From IMG/VR virus record IMGVR_UViG_3300025120_000033: DNA of 20,000 nt. The stretch is one strand, 5' to 3'. Below, one piece after another: positions 1-6,584 of the stretch (position 1 is the stretch's first letter; every line of letters begins with the position of its first letter). Under the pieces are notes generated by a model. The model was given only the letters and a program-made list of their open reading frames with translations, was not told where the DNA came from and searched no databases. Both the position numbers and the translations under genes were made by a program. This stretch comes from an uncultured virus (IMG/VR IMGVR_UViG_3300025120_000033). Taxonomy: Duplodnaviria; Heunggongvirae; Uroviricota; Caudoviricetes.

Positions 1-510
1 AGCAACCGTTCCCAATTTTAATTGAGACGCGCCTGTGACGCCTGTGGTGACAAAGTTTAAGATGCCAGCGCTTGTACTGCACACAATAAACGTGCCTTGC
101 AATCGAGCTCTTCCGCCATAAATGTTCACAGCCACCGCATCGGACATTCCGAGGCTTACATTTTGTGCTGGCTGAGCGCTAACAACCGCCCCACTTATAG
201 TTTTAAAATACAAAGAACCAACAACTGTGGCCGCGCTTCCGAGCATCGTAAGCTCTTCAGACTGAGCCGCACCGTTAATGTCTGTACCCGTGATGGTTGC
301 TTTCTTGCCAGCGTCGTTCGTACTTGTCGTCGTAACCGAAACTTTACGGGCACTAGCAAAAACTACCGCACCACCATCGGCGTCAGTGCCGTTAATAGTG
401 AAGGCGCTCGTTGGACGTTGGTTGGCGGCAATCGATGCAACGTCAGCCGCATTTGTATCCGCCTCTACGAAAATCGCAGAAGCGTCAGAGCCAGTAAATC
501 TTGAGCCCAT
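1..510 (-). CDS. Putative virion structural protein (partial, 3' end runs off the window)
   Basis: Not in the ORF track. ATG at 510 follows an AAGGAG RBS, and the frame is open to base 1 (MGSRFTGSDASAIFVEADTNAAD...ITGTDINGAAQSEEL...YFKTI...GRARLQG). The protein is Ala/Thr/Gly-rich and lies downstream of the capsid genes. Confidence 0.75.
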   Translation of the reverse strand, partial: MGSRFTGSDASAIFVEADTNAADVASIAANQRPTSAFTINGTDADGGAVVFASARKVSVTTTSTNDAGKKATITGTDINGAAQSEELTMLGSAATVVGSLYFKTISGAVVSAQPAQNVSLGMSDAVAVNIYGGRARLQGTFIVCSTSAGILNFVTTGVTGASQLKLGTVA

Positions 511-525
511 GTCGCTTCTCCTTGG

Positions 526-1236
526 TTATCGTTCGATTGAGGCGATCACATAATCCAATGTCATGCTCTTAGCCGCCGCCGCACCATTCTGAATGCCAAA
601 CGAAACGGTTAAATCTTCGTCGTCTGTAACATTTGTCAGCGTAGCTTGAGAAGCAACGTGTACATCATCAACAAAGATCTTGAACGCACCCGCTCCGTCT
701 TGACCGCCGTTTGGATCGTAGTGGAAAGCAACAGTGATAAAAGTATCGTCTACCATTACATGAATGTCTTCGTTTGCCGTAACCGCGTTATTCTTTTCGA
801 TGTTGAAATCAAGACCAGTGCCGCCGTCAACTTTGATGAAATAGAGGCCATCGGTAGTATCAAGAGGTGTAGTGTCGGTGATTCCAAGACCCATCACGAA
901 GTCTGACTGGGTAGCGTCACTGACTTTAAACCGAGCTTTGAAGAAAAGATTCTTGTTGGCAACATATCGGAAACCTTCGCCCTTCAACTGCAAGAAGTCG
1001 AGATCGTCGTCGCCCGCGTCATTGAGGATCTGCAAAAGACCGCCAGAGCCAGATACTAAGCCCTCGGTAGCATCTCCGCCGCCAGCTTCGGTAGTTGTGA
1101 TCGTCCAGTCAGCCGCAGTGTAAGTAAAGAAGTCGTTCGCGTAAGTCGCGTACTTGAAAGGATCCAAGTAAGGGTAATCATACAGTGGGTCGCCAACTTG
1201 TTGATTGGACACGCCGTTTTTAAAGTGTGTAGGCAT
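526..1236 (-). CDS. Putative virion protein, beta-rich (236 aa)
   Basis: Start reassigned to ATG 1236 (MPTHFKNG...), which follows TAGGAGA. Acidic, beta-strand-rich sequence in the post-capsid position. Confidence 0.7.
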   Translation of the reverse strand: MPTHFKNGVSNQQVGDPLYDYPYLDPFKYATYANDFFTYTAADWTITTTEAGGGDATEGLVSGSGGLLQILNDAGDDDLDFLQLKGEGFRYVANKNLFFKARFKVSDATQSDFVMGLGITDTTPLDTTDGLYFIKVDGGTGLDFNIEKNNAVTANEDIHVMVDDTFITVAFHYDPNGGQDGAGAFKIFVDDVHVASQATLTNVTDDEDLTVSFGIQNGAAAAKSMTLDYVIASIER

Positions 1237-1345
1237 AACAGTTTCTCCTAGAAAACCAGCGCGTAATTGCGCCATTAGCTACAGTGAGTCCCAAGTATAC
1301 CGCACAGTTTTTAACAAAAATAGTTTATTTTATTTGTACAAACAC

Positions 1346-1374
1346 TTGCACAACGACACGATATGTGAGACTAT
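1346..1374 (+). promoter_or_regulatory. Sigma70-type promoter of the plus-strand island
   Basis: TTGCAC-17 bp-GACTAT, with TG just upstream of the -10 and an AT-rich tract upstream of the -35. Bases 1350-1367 are identical to the core of the promoter at 19001-19029. Confidence 0.65.
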
Positions 1375-1413
1375 AGCTGTGTAGTCAATCAACGGCAGAA
1401 AGGAGAAAGAAAA

Positions 1414-1809
1414 ATGAATGAAGTTAAGGTATATCACAGTGCAATGTTTGGCCGTCCAGATAGTGGCTTTTCTCTGGTAGCAAAAGTAGCGGTTCCTGAA
1501 GACAAAGATCCCATGGATTGCCTTGAGTATGCCTTTCGTTGGACTAACAACGTCAACGGATCTTGGTCAAAAGAAGAGGTGATATCTTACATGAATGAAT
1601 ACGGTGACTCTGTGACAGAGGCCAACGGGGATTACAACAAAGATGTTACTTCATTGGCCATCCTAGAAGATGGGCTTGGCGCCAGATCAACTTCAGTTGA
1701 AGATCGAATGATTTTAAACGGTGTTGTTTACAAAGTGGCTGGTTGCGGATTTGAGGAGCTTGATCTAACGCCAGCAGAAATTAATGTTGACCTCTTTAAC
1801 CGAAAATAG
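1414..1809 (+). CDS. Hypothetical early-type protein (131 aa), possibly distantly YodL-like
   Basis: AAGGAG RBS. Motifs LEYAFRWTNN...GSWS and RSTSVEDRMIL...YKVAGCGFEEL resemble the YodL-like SxSVxD...Y.V...GF pattern. Confidence 0.7.
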   Translation: MNEVKVYHSAMFGRPDSGFSLVAKVAVPEDKDPMDCLEYAFRWTNNVNGSWSKEEVISYMNEYGDSVTEANGDYNKDVTSLAILEDGLGARSTSVEDRMILNGVVYKVAGCGFEELDLTPAEINVDLFNRK

Positions 1810-1820
1810 GAGAACGTAAG

Positions 1821-2090
1821 ATGATTGATAAAAAAACTGAAACCGTAATTGCTAAAGCAAAAGCATTTTGCGAAGCAAATTATGAAAATGGATTTGACGA
1901 GTTTGTCGAGTGTTATAGCGACGCTGATTGGCTTGAAGAAGCAAAGTATGAAGATTATCACGAAAAAGTCATTAGCGGTGAAGTGAAGGAAGGAGAAACT
2001 ATGACTTGGCGTGACCTAAAAGCCAAAATCAAGTGGGTCAAGACAATACGCGCTGATTATGCCGCAGAGTGCAGGGCGTCTTGGGATTGA
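1821..2090 (+). CDS. Hypothetical acidic protein (89 aa)
   Basis: TAGGAGA RBS overlaps the upstream stop. Contains ANYENGFDEFVECYSDADW. Confidence 0.7.
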   Translation: MIDKKTETVIAKAKAFCEANYENGFDEFVECYSDADWLEEAKYEDYHEKVISGEVKEGETMTWRDLKAKIKWVKTIRADYAAECRASWD

Positions 2091-2096
2091 TAATTT

Positions 2097-2124
2097 AACC
2101 GCCCCCTGCGGGGGGCATAGGAGA
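2097..2124 (+). repeat. GC hairpin-RBS element, copy 1
   Basis: AACC-GCCCCC-TGCG-GGGGGC-ATAGGAGA directly before ATG 2131. A near-identical copy lies at 19421-19446 on the minus strand. Confidence 0.8.
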
Positions 2125-2130
2125 TACAAA

Positions 2131-2433
2131 ATGAACAGAGAAAGACGCAAAAAAATTGCCAAAATACAGGGTAGCTTGGGGCAGATTGAGCAGTCATTAG
2201 ATGCGCTAAAAGAGCAAGCGCAGGAGATGCTCGACGATTTAAACGAAGTAATGGAAGAGGAACAAGAGTACCTCGACAATATGCCCGAGAATCTTCAAGA
2301 TTCAGAAAAAGCAGAAACTGCAAATGAAGCCGTTGAGAATCTTCAAGAAGCAATTTGTTTGCTCGAAGAGATTGCCGATCTTGACTTTGATCAGGAAGAA
2401 ATCAACGAAAAAATTGACGCGGCCTGCAATTAA
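2131..2433 (+). CDS. Hypothetical highly acidic helical protein (100 aa)
   Basis: Start reassigned to ATG 2131 after AGGAGA. Basic N-terminus MNRERRKKI is followed by EEEQEYLDNMPENLQDSEK, a pattern that recurs in small phage proteins. Confidence 0.75.
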   Translation: MNRERRKKIAKIQGSLGQIEQSLDALKEQAQEMLDDLNEVMEEEQEYLDNMPENLQDSEKAETANEAVENLQEAICLLEEIADLDFDQEEINEKIDAACN

Positions 2434-2438
2434 GGCAT

Positions 2439-2467
2439 AAAAAAAGGGAGCCATAAGCTCCCTTTTT
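2439..2467. terminator. Bidirectional Rho-independent terminator
   Basis: AAAAAAA-GGGAGC-CATAA-GCTCCC-TTTTT between the convergent island and major capsid genes. Confidence 0.9.
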
Positions 2468-2486
2468 CGATTTACAGCCTTTGGGA

Positions 2487-3404
2487 TTAAGCTCCCTGAG
2501 AACCGTAAATTCCGCGCCAGTCCGAGAAACCGAAGCTATAACGCTCGCGGGCTTTATAGCGAATGTTGCCCGTGGTGAAGTCTGGCTCCATCGAAGTCTC
2601 CATTGGAGTACGCTGGAACATTTTCAGACCTTCGCCGCTGTCGGTGACAGATGTCAACAAGAAGAAGGCATCGGGGTCAGTCAGATAGTGATTAACTGTG
2701 TATCCCGCTGGTAAAACGCCTGTGTTCTTGATGGCATTGATGTCGTTGTCAGCAGTACCAGATCGCAGTGTAGAATTAAGAATGCGATCAGCCACAAATA
2801 CTAACTGTGGTGGTACAACAAGCTTAGTCGCCTGAACCGAGATGGTTAATCCCTTGTCATCGGTAAACGTGCTGATATCAATCAGCGCATCTTCCAAAGA
2901 CGTCTCGTTCAAGTCCGCCATTGTGGTTGCACGGTTAGCCGCAACTCCGCCGCCAGCTAATGGGTGAGCGGTGTTAATCATTGATACACCGTCGCCGCCA
3001 GTGAAATTAGCATTGAATGCGTTGTTTAGAATATCCGCACCCTTAACTTCTTTCGTGTTAGCCATTGATCGAGCCAAAGCTTTTGTATAACGCTTGCCTA
3101 GCGAGTCATATAAATTGTCCTCGACTGCCTCATCGGTAAGCGAAAAAGCGAGAGAAATTGTTTGAGCGACATATCTGGCAGAGTAAGACTCTGAAGCTGT
3201 GTCGAAAACAACGCCCTGACCTTCTGTTTTAGTTGGTGCGGCTCCGAAGCCAGTAATTAAGACTTCTTCCTCGAATGCACGTTGAGAATCTTCAATAGCA
3301 AAAATCTCTTCGTACTCTTTTTCGTAGCTGTCGTAGCTCAGTCCAAACAAGCTGTTTAAACCGGGCTCTAACTCTTTTGCTAATTGCGCTCTTGAAATAG
3401 CCAT
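2487..3404 (-). CDS. Major capsid protein (305 aa)
   Basis: MAISRAQLAKELEPGLNSLFG N-terminus, KLVVPPQL, and a C-terminal RYKARERYSFGFSDWRGIYGS typical of HK97-fold capsids. AAGGAG RBS, followed by a terminator. Confidence 0.9.
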   Translation of the reverse strand: MAISRAQLAKELEPGLNSLFGLSYDSYEKEYEEIFAIEDSQRAFEEEVLITGFGAAPTKTEGQGVVFDTASESYSARYVAQTISLAFSLTDEAVEDNLYDSLGKRYTKALARSMANTKEVKGADILNNAFNANFTGGDGVSMINTAHPLAGGGVAANRATTMADLNETSLEDALIDISTFTDDKGLTISVQATKLVVPPQLVFVADRILNSTLRSGTADNDINAIKNTGVLPAGYTVNHYLTDPDAFFLLTSVTDSGEGLKMFQRTPMETSMEPDFTTGNIRYKARERYSFGFSDWRGIYGSQGA

Positions 3405-3417
3405 TCGTCAATCTCCT

Positions 3418-4005
3418 TTATGCTAAGCCTGCACCTTTAACACCCATGATGTGATTTTGAATCACACACAATACGTTGGTGTTAGCGGTGGCTACATCGC
3501 TGTTAGATGGATCCTGACTTATGTCAATACATTTCAGGGGCAAAGTTGTTGCGGTGGCGCCAGTAGAAACAGCAAGCTCTACGTTACTACGACCACTTGC
3601 GGTGTCACCAACTGGGCTTTGATCAACAATATCAAAATTGCCAAACAAATCAGCTACTGGGAAAGCGGCATTTGCCTGAACAGTAAACACAACATTTGGA
3701 TCGTCAATTACAAAAGCAATGATATCTGCGGCGGTAATACCACCGGGATACGAATTGCTAAATACTTGCTCACCGGATGTTGGGTCAGTGTACTGACAAC
3801 CATTAAAAACCCCTACTATGGGTGTAGTGTCTCCAGCGCCAAGGCGAGAAATTGTTCCGCCTGTAAGTTGCTGAATTAAATCGCCCTGAAAAATTGCACC
3901 ACTAAGACCCGACGCAATTCTATAGCGAGACTGACCACCTGAATAGGGAGCACCACCCATCATACGACTGGGCTTCAAACCAAACGCGGCATCTTTATTA
4001 GCCAT
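3418..4005 (-). CDS. Putative capsid decoration/cement protein (195 aa)
   Basis: MANKDAAFGLKP...IFQGD...GVFNGCQYTDP...VIDDPNVVF, immediately upstream of the major capsid gene. Confidence 0.65.
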   Translation of the reverse strand: MANKDAAFGLKPSRMMGGAPYSGGQSRYRIASGLSGAIFQGDLIQQLTGGTISRLGAGDTTPIVGVFNGCQYTDPTSGEQVFSNSYPGGITAADIIAFVIDDPNVVFTVQANAAFPVADLFGNFDIVDQSPVGDTASGRSNVELAVSTGATATTLPLKCIDISQDPSNSDVATANTNVLCVIQNHIMGVKGAGLA

Positions 4006-4018
4006 GTTATTATCTCCG

Positions 4019-4492
4019 TTATCGTCTTCCGAAAGTTACTTGGGAGCTCCTCTGCGGATCATACTTAACGTAACGAGAGTCTTTCGCGGCATCGCCAAAC
4101 ATTGTGTTGTCAAGAGCCTGATTTGCTTCACTGGTCTTGCCTTCATAATATTCTTTTCGCTCAGCTATCGTTTCATTAGGCATCTTCGCAAGAAGAAGTC
4201 CTTCGTTATATATGACGCCAGCGTGTCTGCCATTATCCATTGTCGGGAGAGTTTCTGCCCACTCAGGAGGAAGATCCGTACCACGAACCAACTCCCAACC
4301 TTCTCGAACTCTGCGAGAGACGTTACTTCTGTCTTCCGCTCCTAGCATGGATTCCCTGATCCACCGATAGGTATAACCCGGTGGTGGCTCTGGGGTATCA
4401 AGCTTTCTTACTGGTCGCCACGGTTTACGGCGAGTCTGATTATCGTGCGTCGCACTCTCACGGGTTGTGCGGTTTGAGCTCTTAGCTGTCAT
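4019..4492 (-). CDS. Conserved head-module hypothetical protein (157 aa)
   Basis: WRPVRKLDTPEPPPGYTYRWIR...REGWELV motif. TAATG coupling to the scaffold gene. Confidence 0.7.
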   Translation of the reverse strand: MTAKSSNRTTRESATHDNQTRRKPWRPVRKLDTPEPPPGYTYRWIRESMLGAEDRSNVSRRVREGWELVRGTDLPPEWAETLPTMDNGRHAGVIYNEGLLLAKMPNETIAERKEYYEGKTSEANQALDNTMFGDAAKDSRYVKYDPQRSSQVTFGRR

Positions 4493-5433
4493 TATCGATT
4501 CTCCTTAGCTGATATTTTCTGCTTTTCTTTGGCTACGTGTTTTAACCACACATCCATAGTCATATTCGCAGGCTTTAGACCAGCAAGCCTTTCAACTTCT
4601 GAGTTGCTAAAAGTCACTCCACTATTTTTTCGTGTTTGTTGCCGACCACTGGGTGCAGTGGAGGACGAAACTCTTTGCACGGCGGGCTTCTGTCCAGTTG
4701 TTTCGGCGTTTCCAACGAGGTTAGGATATACTTTTTTAACTCGATTATCTAGTGCGCCGTAATATTCATCACTATCGGCCTCAAATCCTTCGTTTAAGAG
4801 ATTGAAGTGAGTAAAGTAAGCAAACTGAGTCGCCTGCAAATTCTCCTCGTTTTCCTTATCGCCGTACCAAGAATTTCTATCATGCCAAGAAAGAGCCTCC
4901 GTTGTTGGAGTAACTTCTTGCTGTTGTTGCGGCGCCTGCGGTTGTTGTTGATAAGTCTGGTACTGCCCTGAGTCTGCCTGCGGAGCTTGTTGCTGTTGCG
5001 GCTGTCTTGCTTGGGCTACGCGCAGTCGCTCTTGCTGAATAGCAATCTCATTTTTGAGATCAGTTGCTTTTGACATTAGATCGGCATCGCCAGATCGCAC
5101 GGCTTGACGATAAACCTCGTCAATTTGGGCGGTCTTTGCTTTAACGGCTTCGGCTTCTTTAGCTAAAACCGTATTGCTTTGCTGGCTCGTCAGAGCTCGG
5201 TATTGCTGTAGCTCTTGCTCTTTTTGCATCGCAATTTGTTCAAGTTGCGCGGCGCGTTGCTCAGTCTCTTTGTTTTTTGCGTTTAGCTTATTTATTCGTT
5301 TACTAACCGACTTTGTGTAATTCTCTAGCTCATCCTCTGGGCTTACTGGCGCCCCAGATTCTTCTGGAGAATCAGCAACGATTTCAATTTCAATTTCTTC
5401 AGAGTTTAATTCTTCTTGATCAGCATTAATCAT
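4492..5433 (-). CDS. Putative capsid scaffolding protein (313 aa)
   Basis: Acidic N-terminus, long coiled coil, Gln-rich linker and basic C-terminus, located between portal and capsid. Confidence 0.65.
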   Translation of the reverse strand: MINADQEELNSEEIEIEIVADSPEESGAPVSPEDELENYTKSVSKRINKLNAKNKETEQRAAQLEQIAMQKEQELQQYRALTSQQSNTVLAKEAEAVKAKTAQIDEVYRQAVRSGDADLMSKATDLKNEIAIQQERLRVAQARQPQQQQAPQADSGQYQTYQQQPQAPQQQQEVTPTTEALSWHDRNSWYGDKENEENLQATQFAYFTHFNLLNEGFEADSDEYYGALDNRVKKVYPNLVGNAETTGQKPAVQRVSSSTAPSGRQQTRKNSGVTFSNSEVERLAGLKPANMTMDVWLKHVAKEKQKISAKENR

Positions 5434-5879
5434 TATCGAAAGCTCACTATGTCGTCAGGGTTAAGAATTGTGCCAATAACTTCGTCGTCATTGATCATTC
5501 TAACTTCGGCGCCGTCCTCAAGCTTAAATCTGGCACCAGAATATCTTCCGATCAACACCCAGTCTTTAGCTTTGCACCAAGGAGTTTCGCCGTACTTTTC
5601 CTTATCGCTATAGCAGAGAGGGCCAACTTTAACCACGTATGCCACCACAGTAGCCAAAGCTTCTCTATCGAGCGTTTCTTTCGTTAGCGCAATTCCTCCA
5701 GAGGTCATGCCTTGACCAGTATATGGAAGAACCAGCATTCTCCAACCAGTTGGGCTTGGCATTCTTTCTACAAGACTTAAATCCAGAAGCTCTGGGCGCA
5801 ATGTCCTTTCGTCGCCCTCAACATATGCGCTATCAATATTTGATTTTTTGGCGGGGGGTTTTTTACTCAGATCGGTCAA
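5433..5879 (-). CDS. groES: Phage co-chaperonin GroES (Cpn10)
   Basis: PTGWRMLV, TSGGIAL mobile loop, VVKVGP, DWVLIGRYSG and RMINDDEVIGTI match Cpn10 motifs. Confidence 0.88.
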   Translation of the reverse strand: MTDLSKKPPAKKSNIDSAYVEGDERTLRPELLDLSLVERMPSPTGWRMLVLPYTGQGMTSGGIALTKETLDREALATVVAYVVKVGPLCYSDKEKYGETPWCKAKDWVLIGRYSGARFKLEDGAEVRMINDDEVIGTILNPDDIVSFR

Positions 5880-6064
5880 AACTTATTTTCCTTATAAAAG
5901 TCAGAAATGCTGTATTCTACTAAGTTTAGCACTTCTAGCTGTCCTTGCAAACTTTTATAATGTTCTATATCTTTGAGCATACCATCCATTAGTAAGTTCT
6001 GAATCGATTCCCGCCTTTCACGAATTGTCTTTTTGAGGGCCGAAGAAAGACCTAAGTCATCCAT
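5876..6064 (-). CDS. Hypothetical protein (62 aa)
   Basis: Overlaps both neighbouring genes. Helical, with HYKSLQGQLEVL. Confidence 0.7.
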   Translation of the reverse strand: MDDLGLSSALKKTIRERRESIQNLLMDGMLKDIEHYKSLQGQLEVLNLVEYSISDFYKENKF

Positions 6065-6261
6065 TACGTTCTCTCGTAATAGAAAAGACCCTTAGTCGCG
6101 GCGCCTGTTCCCCTAGTCTTCATGCGCTTAACCTCGCCACCCATCTTCATTCCTTTGGCAGTCTTCATTGCAATTGCAACAGCCTGAGCTTGGGGCTTGC
6201 CTTCGTCACGAAGAGTCTTTATGTTTTTGCTGATTGATTTCTTACCTTTTGCTAATGGCAT
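6064..6261 (-). CDS. Small basic protein (65 aa)
   Basis: ISKNIKTLRDEGKPQAQAVAIA and RGTGAATKG motifs. TAATG coupling on both sides. Confidence 0.75.
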   Translation of the reverse strand: MPLAKGKKSISKNIKTLRDEGKPQAQAVAIAMKTAKGMKMGGEVKRMKTRGTGAATKGLFYYERT

Positions 6262-6584
6262 TATTTTTTACTCCTAGTGGGTTTCTTTTTTGGCGCTGAT
6301 TTCTTTTTAGCGGTAACCTTTGCCTTGGGTGTTTTTTGCTCAACAACAATTCCCACTGTTGGAGCAACGGCGGACTCAATCACTGGTTTTTCTGGTGCTT
6401 TAATTGCAACAGGTTTCTCGCCTCGCATCCTAGCTTCTTTTGCCGCAATTCGTGCTTTTGAAGCGTTCTCTTCATCCAGAGCTTCTTTGGCGTTCCAAGC
6501 GGCTTTTAATCTTTCCGCCTGCCGCTCTAGTTTTTTCATCTTCCGAAGGTCTTCTTGTTGTTGCAATATATAGTCAGTTGTCAT
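6261..6584 (-). CDS. Hypothetical protein with Lys-rich C-terminal tail (107 aa)
   Basis: ATGA overlap with the portal stop. C-terminus KAKVTAKKKSAPKKKPTRSKK. Confidence 0.65.
   Translation of the reverse strand: MTTDYILQQQEDLRKMKKLERQAERLKAAWNAKEALDEENASKARIAAKEARMRGEKPVAIKAPEKPVIESAVAPTVGIVVEQKTPKAKVTAKKKSAPKKKPTRSKK

Noticed and set aside
97..1123. Plus-strand ORFs 97-504, 278-553, 646-906 and 872-1123
   Set aside because: They are antisense shadows of well-supported minus-strand virion genes, with no RBS or recognisable motifs.
4915..5005. CAA/CAG-rich repeats in the scaffold gene
   Set aside because: They encode a Gln-rich linker and are not a CRISPR array or DNA-level tandem repeat.
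5844..5866. Homopolymer runs (A6, C6, A6 on the minus strand) near the groES start as a frameshift or phase-variation site
   Set aside because: The reading frame is intact (KKPPAKK) and no downstream structure or useful alternative frame is evident.
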